A stretch of 64,000 bases of DNA from positions 620,001-684,000 of the forward strand of contig ML978128.1 in NCBI GenBank assembly GCA_010015805.1, written 5' to 3'. The stretch comes from Rhizodiscina lignyota (Eukaryota). The notes beneath the pieces were generated by a model. It did not search any database, was not told the DNA's origin, and saw only the letters and a program-made list of their open reading frames with translations. Of this stretch, positions 13,601-29,501 are shown piece by piece (the first letter of the stretch is position 1; every line of letters begins with the position of its first letter). The position numbers were made by a program, and so were the translations under genes.

Positions 13601-16600
13601 CCATATCCCTGAGGATGAGTGACTGATGGCGAGCTCTGAGCGGTTTGAATATCGCAAGTTGAATGATACAGCTGCGTATAAGAAATGGAGGAAATCGAGA
13701 ATGCTTTGGAAGCCGAGGATTCAATGCAGCAATGAAGAGCTGCCTTGAACACTGAGAGAAGTAACTGAGCACTCTCATATTGGAGTAATGACCTGCACGA
13801 CAGTTTAGTCTAAAGCATTCGAGGGTGTACATTCAACATACACATCGTAATGAAGCTGAAATCTAAGGGTATCATTGTCGCGAGCTGGAGTGAATTCAAG
13901 AATTAAAGGAAACTAGCGATCATGTTAGTCACATTCCTTAACATATTGAAATGGCGTCTTTAGCTACGCCGTCCAAACTCACATCCATATCACCACTGTC
14001 CTCCTCAAGTGTCCAGATATTCCGATCTAGGGTATACTCTGATTGTTGCAATAAGATTAAACTGTCAAAAAGCGGCGAGCCGTCTAGCTCCAAACTTGAC
14101 TGAATCTGCCGTAAGGATGATAAAGAATGTGACAAGGCTTCCCCATTAAACTGCTGTAGTCGCTTAATCAGATCATGATTTGTGGTGCCAGTTGATAGAT
14201 CCGCTCTGATGGGGATGGTATTGAAGCATGGCGCTACGAGATGATCGATATCTTCAACTGGTGTATGTCGACCGCTAACAACAGTGCCGAAGCATACATC
14301 GTCCGTACTAAGGAACATTGCTAAGACTTTAGCCCAGGCAGCTTGCAAGACAGATAGTACTGTGCAAGAGAGCTGGCGACACTTTAACTCAAGCTCTTGA
14401 AGGGGCATATCGATGACCGAGTCGGTAATTTCATGGCGATTCTCGGGGTTCGAATAACCGGATGAGTCGACAACTTGGAAGCTCGGGAACTTCACGGGTT
14501 CAAGATCTTCAAACGCTGCTTTCCAAAAGGCTTGAGTGTCATTTGATTGATGCTGCTTGATGATATTCCGGATGAATGGCTCGAACTGCGGTGGCGGTGG
14601 TAGTGCGATGCCTTTGTAAAGCGACTCTACCTCCTCAATCAGTGTCGCAAAGGCGATTCCGTCATAAAGAGCATGGTGACAGAAAAAGACGAGGAATGTA
14701 CGCTCTCCTCGCACTACCGTCGCAATTGTGAGAGGAGGCAAGGCAGTCTCTACAGACTGGCGTACATTCCTTTGAAGGTCGCTGAGAAAAGAAGCCCAGT
14801 GACTGTCATCCATGATTTCTATCTCGAGACACTCAAAATCGTAGTCGGATAGAACAGCCTGTACAAATGGATCGGAGCTGCTGTCGTCATTGATAAACGC
14901 AGTGCGGAAAATTTGATGTCGCTTCAGGGCCTGAATGAAGCATTCGCGGACATATGGAGCGTTTTCCTTCAGGTAGAAAATCACTCTGTTGCAATACGCC
15001 CCATCGTCCGCACCCAGTCCACTGGTAAGCATGGCCGTCTGTAGTGGAGTACATGGCAAAAATTGCTCAACACGTCTGTTTTGACGAGCAGCTTCTTTCT
15101 GCAGCCTCTCTACATCCTCGGCACTGTAGAATGGAACGCTTTCAGCAGATTGAACGGTTTCAGTGTCTCTCCCGCTCTCGAGAGCACGACTTAGTCGAGC
15201 TACTGTTGGATTGCGAAGGATCTCGGAGACGAGGACAGAGCTACCCGCACTCGCTTCTAAGGCGCGCGAGAATGGAATAGCTGAGATTGAATCTAGGCCG
15301 AGATTGAAGAATGAGGTAGCTCTTTGAATTTCTGATGTAGACATTTGCAGTACTTTGCTCAACGTGGCTGCAATCTGTCGTTCAAGTGAGGTCCATTCGC
15401 CTTCAGGCTCATCCCCTGAACCTTGAGATGTTGCGGCAAGATCGTTCGAGTGCATTGATCGGAAAGTGGACGACAGCAAGCGTTTGTCAACTTTGCCTTG
15501 CGGAGTCTGCGGAATGATGGTAACAGGTATGAGATTACTTGGGATCATATAGTGTGCCAGTCGTGAGGTGATGATATTGTATAGATCCTGTATGTACTGT
15601 GATGTGGTTTGGTCGATGCCGACCACGTCGAAAGTTTGTGCCTTTGACTCCAGTGGAACCCAGAAAGCAACGAGACGCGCAGATTTTCCGTCCGCAGACT
15701 GCGTCAACACTGTCACACAGTCGTAGACGTAAGACTGCGCGAGGGCGCATCTATTAATTTCCCCGAGTTCGACTCGTTGGCCCCTGATCTTGATCTGGTC
15801 GTCTGCTCGTCCTTCAAACAGGATCGCACCGTCTGGAAGGAGTCGGCCAAGATCTCCGCTACGATACAGGCGCCCAAACTTAGGGTGGTTGATGAACTTC
15901 TCTGAAGTGAGGGCGCTTCGATTCAGATAGCCTCTGCAGACTTGATCGCCACCAAAGCAAAGCTCCCCAACGCCGCCTTTAGGCTTCGTGTCTGTACTCA
16001 ATGGGTCCAATACGAAGACAGAGGTGTTCTGTAAAGGATTGCCGATGTTGTTGATCGCATCGTGTGAAGAAACTGATGGCCGCACTGTACAGATGTTGAC
16101 GGTCTCAGCAGGACCATAGCCTTGGTACAAGCCTTTGTCTGCCCAGCGGCGGAAAACCTGTTCGGTCACTCCCTCGCCGGCTGTGACAAGGAACTGCACA
16201 CGAGGGACTTTCGTAGGATCAATTAGGGACGCAACCGTAGGCGTGAGACTGAGATGTGTGATCCCCATTTGTGCAATGGAGAGCTCAATATCTCGAAAGA
16301 GGATATCATTTGTTGCGGAGCATAGACACATGCCTTGCTGCCACGCAAAAAATATCTCAAACACAGACACATCAAACGCTTGAGAACAGCTTTGAAGGAG
16401 CCTCGCCTGTGCAGAAGTTGGATAAATCGCCGCCAGTTCTTTCAAATTGCTCAACAGATTATCTTGCGTGACAAGGAGGCCCTTTGGCGTACCTGTACTG
16501 CCGCTCGTGAAAACAGCATATGCGGCATCGTCTCCACGATACTGAATGCGGATGTTCTCGCTTGAAATTGTATCCAGTTCGAGCAGATCGACTTCAATGG

Positions 16601-19600
16601 TGATATCCTTGCTATTTTCGGGCAGCACCCCAAAACAACTGCTAAGGCTTAGGCATAGACGTGGCTGTGCGTCATCCAGCATCGACTGTATCCTCTCGCG
16701 GGGTGTCTGGGGCGTGACAGGTAAATATCCAGCCCCCGACTTCACTACGGCAAGAACGGCAACGTAGAACAATGGACACTTTTCCATGCAGATGCAGACC
16801 AGATCATTTGGCCGAACGCCCAGAGAACAAATATAATGAGCCAGTTGGTTGGCTCGCTTGTTCAATTCCGAATAAGATAGTTGCTCCACATCTGCCATAC
16901 CATCACTGATTCTCTTGTAGAATGCTAGGGCAGGTCGAGTGGGATAATGTCTCGAACCGGATTCCACATCATTCGCAAGTCCAGAGTCAAAGACATTGTG
17001 AGTCGTATTTGCGAGCTCAATCGACAGAACAGCGTCCGGAAAACATTTCGAGAGCGAGTTTAAATCTGCATCTCCAGCATGGAGCAAATTGTTGAGAATA
17101 GCATCAAGCTGTTGTAACAGGAGTAGGACCTGGGCTTCTGGTAGAATTGAGCTTTGATAGCGGGCGTGTACGAACACATCGCTGCCGCTGGGTTCGAACT
17201 CCAGAGTAAGATTGAACTCCAACTGGTCCCAGCTGTCCACTACGCGAACTGTATTGTCAGAATCGTGATCTGACTGCAAAGTCTCTTGCCAGATGAAGAG
17301 CGTGTCGAAGAGTTTTGCTCCAGGCTTCACGCCAGCAATCCGCTTGATATCCTTGAGGGTCAATTTGTCGTGCTCGAGCAGATCGCGATTACTTTGGTGT
17401 ATCAACCTGAGCAAGTCTTCCGTTGACTGGCATTGCTCAATATTGAGACGTAAAGGGAGAGTAGCCAGACAGGGTCCGATAATGTCCTCGATTCCAGTAA
17501 TAGGTAAGGTACGCCCGGATGTGACTGTTCCGAATGTAATATCGTTGGAATTGTGGTAGCAGCTTAACAGATACGCCAAAGCCGCCTGGCATAGCACCTG
17601 GGGCCCGATCTGTGAGGCACTCGCGCGGACTCTGATGGCCTCGAGCTTTGGTGTGAGTATAGTGGTGTAGGATTTGAGCATTTCTTCATTAACTTTCCGG
17701 CCATGGAAGTTAGGTAAGAAGGCCGGCTGGTAATCCAACAAGCGTTCTTCCCAATATTCCTCCGCCGTTCGGGCGAAGGATGCGAGCCTTGGGTTCCTGT
17801 AGTGTTCTGTAACCCGATAGAACTGGGGACGATCGACAAGATCACTACCACGAATTGATGTTGCCAAATCTGTCAATATGAGATCAACCGACCATCCATC
17901 GTATAGTGCGTGGTGAATGCATATCAAAGCATGCGGTCGGTGATCTTTAATTGACAAATCAATGCGCAAGGGATGCAGAATATCAAGAGCGGAGTCCTGT
18001 TTACCCTCGTCGAGCGAGTCAGTGTCACGGATCTGCTCTGCATCTAATCTTTCCCACACAACAAGTGCGTAAGGAGAGTCTGGGTCATCGAGAGGACAAA
18101 ACCCCGACCGGAGGATATCATTTTTGCGTACCAGATCCCCAAAACTGCGCTTGATCTTCTCTAACGGGGTATGAATTGGGAACTCCAATTCTATCCAGTT
18201 GAAGTACGCTTTGGAGTCCATAGCTGTTTCAGCCAGCATTGACAACTGCAGAGGCGTGCATCGATAAACGTCGGCAATTCTGCTCTCATAGTCGGCAAAG
18301 TTGGGCAAAATCAAGCTGTCGTGTTTTAGCCGTACAGAGTAATCAGAAGCACCATCCAGACTCGAGTGATTAAGCTGCATGGAAGAAGATTTCCTTTCCT
18401 GTAAAAGTGGTGCAAGCTGCAAAATGTTGTGTGCTTTCAGCAGGTCGACTGCTCCAACCTCCCAGCCAGCTTCTCTTAAGCAAGATGCTGCTTTTATCGC
18501 AAGCAGGGAGTCGAGGCCAGCTGTTGGCAACTCTGAAGAAGGCTGAATCTTTCTTTGTAGAATAGTTCCAAAAATATGGCAGAGAGTATCATGAACTCCG
18601 TCACTGATACCGTGGTCCTCGTCATCAATATCATTCTGCTGCGTGCGATAGTCTTCTTCCAGTTGACGTTTGTCCACTTTACCTGATGGTAGCTGTGGGA
18701 AAGAGTCCAGAAGCACAACATCGCTGGGAATCATGAAGCTAGGAAGCCAGCGCCGGCATATCTGAAGCACGGCTTCTCGATGAAGCGAGTCATCTCTCTT
18801 GACGCAAAACACCACGAGCGTGCCATCGATAACACACGCTGCTGCCAAAGTGCAGTTCGCGAGTCGCAAGATGACATGCTCGATCTCGCCTAATTCTATA
18901 CGCTGCCCTCTGAGTTTGACTTGACCAGTTGCAATTCGTCCCAAACACTCCAGGCGTCCATCAGGAAGCATCCGAGCTTTATCGCCTGTTCGATAAATGC
19001 GCCCAAACTGAAGTGTGTCGTTGAAAGCTTTTAAGGTTTGCTCTGGTCTATTCAGGTAACCGTCGGCTAACTGATGTCCACCAACAGCCAATTCGCCGAC
19101 ATGCCCGATGGGAAGTATTTCGAATTCCTGATTCGGATGAACGTCATCTGAAAGTGGTTTCACGACCATTGCAGACGTAGTGTCCAAAGGTCGGCCAATG
19201 ATGCCTGCTTTAAGGTCCGATTGGAATGTAGGCTCCAAAGTGCAGTGAATGGCCGCTTCCGTAGGCCCATACATGCCAAACAGTATCCCCGGAGAACTGT
19301 GGGATTGGCCAAATTCTTCAATGACGCTTCTCGTCAGCATTTCGCCGATGGTCAAGAGAAGCTTGAGACCTGGGACTCTTCTTCTCTCCTGCAGCAGTCC
19401 TGAAGCAACAGTAGGCGTAAGTTCAGCAGCATCAGCTTCAGTCTCGTTAATGACAGAAGGCAAGTCATTGAGCAGTCTGGAACGGTCGCAGCAAACAAGC
19501 GTGCAGCCTCTGAATAACGGAAAGAAAATCTCGAACACTGACACGTCAAAGGTTGGTGCAGCGAACTGAAGGAATCTGGAAAACTTTGGTATGTGCCGCT

Positions 19601-20738
19601 CATGAGCTAGCAGACTCTGTGTAGCTGCCAAATGTGATACGACAACACCTTTCGGCTTTCCGGTGGAACCACTAGTGTACATGACATAGGCTGGGTCGGA
19701 GGGACGCAATGTGGTCGACGTCGCTGGGTCTTTGACACTGCATTGCGATATATCTTCATCCACAATGAGTATCTTCACATCATGCACCGAAGGGATACAA
19801 TCGCGCAGAGCTGAAGTCGTGACAATAACTTTGGCCGAGACATCGCCAAGGATGAACCGAATGCGCTCCTCAGGGGCATCGAGATTCAAGGGGCAGAAAG
19901 CACATCCAGCCTTGAGAATTGCTAGCAGTACAATGTACAGATCGGGACTTTGAGGTATCAGTACTGGGACAATGCGGTCGCGGGTAGTGTCGTTCCTGTC
20001 CATTGCAAGTAAGATACTTTGGGCGAAAAGGTCGCTCCGAGAATGGAGATCCAAGTACGATATCTTGTGACGTTTGCCAGAAGGATCAAGGTAGTCAATT
20101 GCATGATTCTCACAGATTCCACCGTGAACGAGGTCATGCAAAAGTTGGGAGCCAGGTAAGAGCGCTGGTGAAGGATTGGCGACCGATAGTCTCGCTTCTG
20201 TAGATAGTCCCAGCTCCATTTTTTCTCTGTTAGGTTGCTGACGGAGTACACTCGCGATGTCAATCAGCTGCGAGGCCACTTCATCCAAGTGGGAGGAGGG
20301 AATATAGCCATTAGAGGAGAGTCTCGCCTTCCTGTCTATCTCATTGACAGACAATGCCAACGGTAATAAATCGCTTTGAGGATTCTAAATATAATCAGTA
20401 TATCATAAAACTAAAAGGAATGATGGACATACATCGCGGAAGAAGACTCCGGTGGCGTTCTCCGCCGCGCTCTTTTCCTCGTCAGAAAGCTTCGGATCAT
20501 CACCTGGTTGATTGACCTGCTTGCTGATCGTGTCGACGTAGATACGGCCATCATCAGACAAAAAGCCGACACTTTCAAGTCCAGTATATCCTCTTAAGAG
20601 TGTACCCCACGCGAAGAAGATGAGATCTTGGAGGGGGCTGAATGGCAGAGGAAACAAAGTCGCATATCTCTCATGATCTGGCCCTCGGTTTGTAGATGCC
20701 TGAATACTTGGAAACCGTGTCAAAGACGCGTCAGACAT
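4619..20738 (-). CDS. sidC: Ferrichrome/ferricrocin-family siderophore NRPS (SidC/NPS2 type): partial N-terminal C remnant, then A-T-C-A-T-C-dA-T-C-A-T-C-T-C-T-C
   Basis: A-domain cores YTSGSTGKPKG, FTSGSTGTPKG and YTSGTTGTPKG. Six T domains (GLDS) and six C domains (HxLYDG/A). Inferred exons: 20738-20433, 20384-13983, 13912-13842, 13792-11620, 11571-9540, 9488-4825, 4771-4619. All joins keep frame. The terminal T-C-T-C repeat is typical of ferrichrome synthetases, and sidA is nearby. Confidence 0.95.
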
Positions 20739-21448
20739 GATAATGAAATATAGAAAGTGGGACGCGGCTCATCGGGCTCATCGAGGCTTCAGGAGATGGA
20801 TTCAAACGAAAGCAAGCCCTGTATGAACGCGATTGAAACGCGCTTGTTCATCGAGCCACGCCACCAGTCTGAGTTGGGGCCCCAGAATGAGCAGACATAT
20901 GCGAACAAGTGCCTTGAGGCTCTAGATCCCCAACGTACTCTCATCGCTTCTCCCAGGCGCCACAGTTGACGAAAAACGCGTGACTTGCAGAGAGTGCCGC
21001 ACGTCATGATTGTATGTAAGCGAATCGCAACCTTGGAAGGCGGAAGCCCCATCGAAGCGGCGGAAATAGTATTTCCTAATTCGTCCGTGGTCTTAAAGCG
21101 GCGTGGAGTGACTTTTCTTTTTCACGGGCCGGCGGCTCTCTGGCTAATACATTTGTCTCACACTTTGACTCCAGAGAACTCTTCGTCAAGTTTCCAAGCC
21201 TCAGCAAAATACGCCGATGGTCAATGGTAATAGAGTATCAGGCTCTTGTTACATCCGAGGGGATGTTCCTGCAGCCAAATACGTAACGCCCCGCCTGTCG
21301 CTCTCTGGGCATTTCGCCTGTTTTCTTGCCTTACGTCGTCGATCAACAATGCTTCATTCAGTCACCTTCAGCCTCTGGTAGTGTCTGCAGCACTTCGGTC
21401 CGCAAAATTTTCCAAATCGTTTTGCCATGGCATTTCGTTCGAATAAGG

Positions 21449-21457
21449 TTATCAGAT
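21449..21457 (-). promoter_or_regulatory. SreA-type iron-repression GATA element (ATCTGATAA on the minus strand) in the divergent NRPS/ABC promoter
   Basis: TTATCAGAT on + is an exact match to the ATCWGATAA consensus. A near match, ATCAGATAT, lies at 21562-21570. Confidence 0.7.
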
Positions 21458-22258
21458 CCGCCTCAAGTTTGGTTCGAACGTCGATCTTTGCATGCGGCTC
21501 GGGCTTAGCCCATATGTTAGGACTAGCGATGCAGAGTTGCGCCATCTTCATTAGGCGACGGATCAGATATGCTGCGCAAACCTGCTTGATCCCATGTTTC
21601 CTGCTTGTCTTCAGAGTAACTCGTGCCGTACGATGGCTATCCGACTTCGGCAGACACTTTCTTGTACGTACACGCCTGCTTTATTAAGACTCTCATCGGT
21701 TGTGCCTGAAAGCCGTACTCCACCACGATGGGCACTTGGCTGGCGTCATTCGGCGGCAGCTCCTTTCTCAGAAATAGCTGTGGCTTGGCCGAATAGTCTC
21801 GGGGCGGAGTGGAGGCCACCAAGCCAGACCAGAGAAATGGTCTTAATGAGATCTACAGGTTTGAATTCCCCTCCAGGACAACTGGGGCACATTGTGCCCA
21901 CCATATTGAAGAAAATTACTTCTCTCACGCAGTCACAGGGTTGGTCTTGAGATGAGCCAGTTCCTTTGTGGAACTTGCGCTCAGACACTCAGGCTATGTA
22001 ACCAAGCGAGCATATGTTTACAGCTGTACAATGATGCTGAGATCGCCCAGCAATGCACAATCATGGAAGTAAACTACCTGTGCCTTACAGGTTTCCAAGG
22101 ACCGATGGCGTTTTGGCAGTTCAGCTCTTCTTTTGCAGCCGATGGATACCCAACATTTAGTCATCTTGAATGCGGAGGCCTTTCACACCAAATTGCTCAA
22201 ATTTACGACGCACTGCTCTGATATGGAGCCCTAAAGCGCACATAGCACAGAATAATCA

Positions 22259-25200
22259 ATGGAGCCAGCTCTAGCTCCCCAACAACCAGTCAACTTCCCG
22301 GTTATTCAGCTCGAAGCCTACGATGAATCTATCGGAGATGCAGTCTCCAGAGCTCGGCGCAGTTCTGTTCGATGTTCCAACGCGTCAAGACAACATCAAG
22401 AAACTTTGTCGCTTAGCACGGCTCAACATCATGTCTATATTCAAAACTTTGGACGTATTTCCAGACAACTCCTCAAACAGATCCTTGGCCTCAATCCCTT
22501 CAAAACTTCGTATGCGACACTATACAAATCGTTGGAATCAACAAAAAGCAGGCTTCTTCTGTGTACAGCTATTATACTTTCTCTAGCGGCTGGAGCGCCA
22601 TTGCCTATAATTGGGCTCCTGTTCGGGAAGATTATCGATGAATTTCCCCCTCCTGAAGACGAGTTGCGCACCAGGCTCGGGCAACTAATGGTAAAAGCCC
22701 ATGTTATCGTTTTCGTTCTTGCATTGTACTAATCTATGTCTCATGATTCCAGGCAACTGCCTGTGCATACTTTGCTATCACATGGGGCTGGTCGGTATGC
22801 TGGTCAATTATCGGCGAGACAATATCAAGGGAGCTTCGAGAAAGGTCTCTTGAGCGGCTGCTTGGCATGGATCAGGCCTTTTTTGATATACATCAACCTG
22901 ACGTTACAGGAATTGTTACAGAGAAAGTTCAGACTGTCCAGCTTGGCACATCCGAAAAGGTCGGGCTCTTCTTACAGTCCATAAGTTACTTCCTCGCAGC
23001 ATTTGGCGTTGGCTTCTACCTTCATGCGAAACTAACAGGAATTCTTCTCGCAACCGTCATTCCCGCAATGACCATCATCATCTTTTTTGGCTCAGCTCTC
23101 ACCTCGCAATTCTCCAAGAGAGCAGCGTCATGCTCGGAGGAGGCAGCCGCTCTAGCAGAGGATGCTATATCTGGCGTCAAAACGGTCCAGGCCACTGGTG
23201 CTTTCGACGCTCTGTGCGACAACTATCGAAAGATACTCAATGCAAAGCTTCACTGGGGTCTGCGTAAATCGATGTCTGGGGCTGTCATGCTTGGATGCGT
23301 ATATTTTGTTGCCTACGCTGCTAACGGGCTAGCATTCTATGTTGGTTCAAAAGAGATAAATAACCAGGGCGGCAACGGCGCAGGAACCATCTATGCTGTC
23401 GTGTTCTTGATCCTCGATGCTTCCTTCGTTGTCGGCCAATTCGGTCCCTTCATACAGACGTTTGCTCTTGCAGCGTCCGCCGGAGCATCGATATTTGGCC
23501 TACTTGAGCGCAATTCACCGCAGATAAATGTATATGCATCCCATGGCCGAACTGTAAGCCGTAATTTGTTTAAAAGCCCCATCGAGTTCAAGGACCTCAA
23601 CTTCGTATATCCTTCTCGACCCACGTGTCGCGCCTTGGATTGCTTTTCTCTCAATCTTGAGCCTGGAATCATGACGGGTATTGTCGGAGCATCTGGATCT
23701 GGAAAGTCAACTCTAACACAACTATTGCTCCGGTTCTACGATCCGTCAAGTGGGCAGATTATGCTAGCTGGACACAATCTCCGAGAGTACAATGTGGCAT
23801 CGCTCAGGTCACACATCTCTCTTGTCGGTCAAGATCCAGTTCTCTTTGCCGGTAAGGGCCCAATGTCCCCAGTTATCATCCTTAATGTACACTCAGGCCA
23901 TAGTCTTGACGAATTCTGCTAATTTATGCTGCACAACATTAGGCACGATTCTCGACAATATCCGCCATGGCCTCTCTGAGCACCACAGACTCACTGAGGT
24001 CGAGCTTCTCCAAAAATGTAAACAAGCAGCAAGCGACGCTGGCTGCGACGAGTTCATCACTGCTTTACCCGAAGGGATGAATACCGGAATTGGAAGTGCC
24101 AATTTCTCTCAACTCTCTGGAGGGCAGAAACAGCGCGTTGCGCTTGCCAGAGCTCTAGTTAGTAAGAATAGCACTGTGCTTTGCACTATTCTATTTCAAT
24201 CTACTGTTAAATGTGATGTGAACTTTGCTAATACATTGCACACAATTTTAGGTGATCCAGCTTTGTTAATTTTAGATGAATACACAAGCGCAATGGACGC
24301 GAAAAGTGAAGCAATGGTCCTTCAAAGCTTGCTCCGGCGCTCGCGGAATCGAACGATTCTTGTCATAGCCCATCGACTCGCAACAGTTCGAGATTGCTCT
24401 CGCATCGTTGTGATGAGCCAAGGCCGTATCGTTGAAAGTGGAACTCATGATGAGCTAGTGCGACACGGAGGAGCATATCGATGTCTTGTGGACGCTCAGA
24501 CTCTCGATAGCACCGATTCATCCTCGAACAGTTCAGGTGAATGCACTGAGACAGTTGCCGATTCACCTGCAAGCACGAGATCTTCCGTCTCCAGCGCAAA
24601 CTCTCACTCTGCGGAGGACCTTCCAGCTCTGCAGTCACAAGAAAAGCTTGGAATTTTGTGCGTCATGAGTAGAGTGTTTCGACTAAACAGGGACAAAAAC
24701 TTGTATACCGCAACGGGTCTGCTTGCCTCAGCGATCAGTGGTGCGACTTTGATTGGCGAAGCAGTAATCTTCGGGAACCTCATCAACATCCTCAACAACA
24801 CCGGACCATCCATGTCTCAGGCATCCTTCTTTTGCTTGATGTTCTTCGTTGTATCATTGATCGCATTGTTAGCTTACAGTACTAGTGGTGTTGCTTTCGG
24901 GATCGTTTCTGAATGGCTAGTGTTGAAAGTACAAGAGCAGTCACTCCGAACGATCCTGAGACAAGATGTCAACTGGTTTTCCAGCCCACGCCGATCCCCT
25001 CACCATCTTGTGGCCTCGATTGGCGCAGACTCTGGTCGCCTTAGCGGACTTTCTGGTGTTATATTAGGGACCGTTGTCTCTGCACTCACGTCAGTTTTTG
25101 GCGGGATTGTGTTGGCCCACGTCGTTGCGTGGAAGATTGCCATTGTCCTTCTTGCATGCGTACCGGTCATGCTATTGTCTGGCTTTCTACGCCTGAGGAT

Positions 25201-26530
25201 GTTAGCCAAGGCGGAGCAGAGGCATCACACAGCATACAACGACGCTGCGGCGCTGGCGTCCGAGGCCTGCTCTGCGATACGCACAGTCGCCGCACTTGGC
25301 AAGGAGCGATATTTCCTTCGCGCGTACCAAGAGTCTCTCGACAAGCCTTATAAGCAAGGAGTCAAATTCGCCTTGCTTGGAAACATATTGTTAGCATTCT
25401 CACTGTCAATCACTTACTTCATCTACGCATTGGCATACTGGTGGTGAGTGCATACTCCCATCTCTTTGATGACATGCACATTAGACTGAATCAATACTGA
25501 TGAGTAGATGCACAGGGGCTCACGACTGGTCGGCGATGGAGAGTATAGCATACTCGAGTTCTTCATCGTCCTCCCTGCTCTGCTGTTTTCGGCCCAAGCT
25601 GCCGGCATTATGTTCTCTTTGGGCCCGGAGCTCACACAGGCTAGCTCCGCAGCTCAGAGGTCCCTTCAACTGCTTGACGAAAAGCCTAGTATTATGCCTA
25701 CTCAATTCGACCCCACGACTCCAAGTGGCCATTCATACATATCAACAATTGCCGATCTGTCGGAGAAAGTGGACAAGCCTCCAGATGGCACTCACATCGA
25801 GCTTCGAGACGTTAGTTTGTCATATCCGACCAGAGCAGGTGTTCTAGCCCTGAACCAGCTGGACCTGTCCATAGGCGGTGAGCAGTTTGTTGCCTTTATC
25901 GGTCAGTCTGGCGGGGGAAAATCGTCTGTCATATCTCTGATTGAACGCTTCTACGACCCAACAGCAGGTGCTGTCCTCGTCAATGGCATCAATATCCGCA
26001 CTCTCCTTGTGGAAGATCATCGTTCACGCATCGCTTTAGTTCCTCAAGATGCTGAACTATTTCCTGGTTCGATCGCCTTCAACATCAGTATTGGCGCCCG
26101 ACGGGACCAGCGTCCTGCTCATGAAGATATCATAGACGTCTGCAAGAAGTGTGGGCTTCACGACTTTGTCATGTCACTACCAGAAGGCTACAACACACCA
26201 TGCGGGAAGAAAGGCTCAGCTCTCTCGGGCGGACAGAAGCAGCGTATCGCACTTGCACGAGCCTTAATTAGGGACCCGGAAATTCTACTCCTCGATGAGG
26301 CCACCAGCCAACTGGATGCACAAAGTGAACTAGATGTAAGAAGAGCCATTATAGAGGCTTGTAAGGGGAGGACAGTCGTCATGGTTGCACACCGTCTCGC
26401 CAGCATCCAATACGCCGACAAGATCTGCGTTTTCGAGCATGGCAGGATCATTGAAACGGGCTCCCATTTTGAGCTTTGCAGAAGTGGAGGCGTCTACGCG
26501 AGCATGGTAAAGATGCAGCATCTCGGTTAG
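22259..26530 (+). CDS. Full-length ABCB/MDR-type ABC transporter (TMD-NBD-TMD-NBD), siderophore-cluster associated
   Basis: Walker A GASGSGKS and GQSGGGKS, signature LSGGQKQR twice, Walker B LILDE and LLLDE. Inferred exons: 22259-22690, 22753-23851, 23943-24161, 24252-25443, 25516-26530. Confidence 0.93.
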
Positions 26531-26943
26531 ACGGTCAAAAGTGGTCAAAAGTCTTCCTTGCAAATCTAGAGCTTCATACGTGTTCTTGCCTTACTTCATG
26601 ACTCGTCGTACTAGTGCGTAGCGCCTCTCATCCGGCTCACTTCGTGCCTCGAATTCGGGTTACATATTATTTCCGGAAATCTTTGAATCCATCGAACATC
26701 CCGTGCCAGCCCCATCTATATTACTATAGGAAAGCTTGTTAGAAGCCTGTTACAGCAACCTCCCCGCCTGCTCGAGCCGTTCTATCTGCACAATGACACG
26801 ATGGACCAAGACTTCTTCGATACTCGCGCGGGCGGATGGGCCCAATACGAGCGTCTCTCGTCAATTCCTTCTCTGAGGCCATAACCCCTGAGCAATGTAG
26901 TGCCTGGCGTGCACTCTCCGAACTTCGGACGTGCATGATCTGA

Positions 26944-26952
26944 TTATCTGAT
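26944..26952 (-). promoter_or_regulatory. SreA-type GATA element upstream of sidA
   Basis: TTATCTGAT (reverse complement ATCAGATAA) inside the GATA-dense stretch GATCTGATTATCTGATTGATAA. Confidence 0.7.
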
Positions 26953-27165
26953 TGATAAAAATTCTGCCCTTGCCCCACATGGCCGCCTGGTACCTACGGG
27001 TCCTGGTTGCCGCCCCGCCGGCCGCACTTGGCGCGAAAATACCCGCAACGCATGGTGCTATGCTCCTCCGACAAAACTTTGCAGGTCACTCGGCTTTCAG
27101 CACCACTCAGGCAATGCCCCCACACATCCTGCACAGCGTGAGTCGAGCTCGGCGAGAAACCCATC

Positions 27166-27174
27166 TTATCAGAT
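27166..27174 (-). promoter_or_regulatory. Second SreA-type GATA element upstream of sidA
   Basis: TTATCAGAT (reverse complement ATCTGATAA), exact consensus. Confidence 0.7.
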
Positions 27175-27760
27175 GAGATTATGTGCTTCGACTCCCAGCG
27201 CGATGGGACAGCAATGGGTTTCGCGTCGAGGCGTCGGCAAGGCTGATCAACCTTCCATCATGGCGCTTCTCGACGGAGGAATGGTTCCTGGCGACAGTAA
27301 TTGCACTACGCGCCCTGACGCGATGAGCCGGCGCAATGCCAACCGGACAGTCTCGGCTTTCTTTTCTATGGCGGGAAGGTAAGATAGCTTGTACGGAGCT
27401 ACACCATGACCCCAGACCCTCCTGGTGGCATGACAAAGCGGCAACGCCAAAGCTACTTCACATGGCTGCCGCTATAATTTTATTTTTTTTCGAGCTTTGA
27501 GCTTCGTACTTCATGATTCACTACTTCCTCTAACTGTCTGTTGTCTGATCAATTTCGGAAGCTCTGTGATTAGAGTCGTTCCATTTCCCCTTGCGTCCAT
27601 TTACGTTGCGTCATAGACTACAAACTTTTCTACCGATCCAAACGAGTAACCTCTCCCCACTAAATGCCATAGGAGATAGCAGCCACAACATTCCAACAAA
27701 TATATTGCCCCCCTTACAGCGGCACGATATCTGGGAGCCTTCAGAGACCGGTAAGTTTAG

Positions 27761-29501
<1,741 letters not shown>

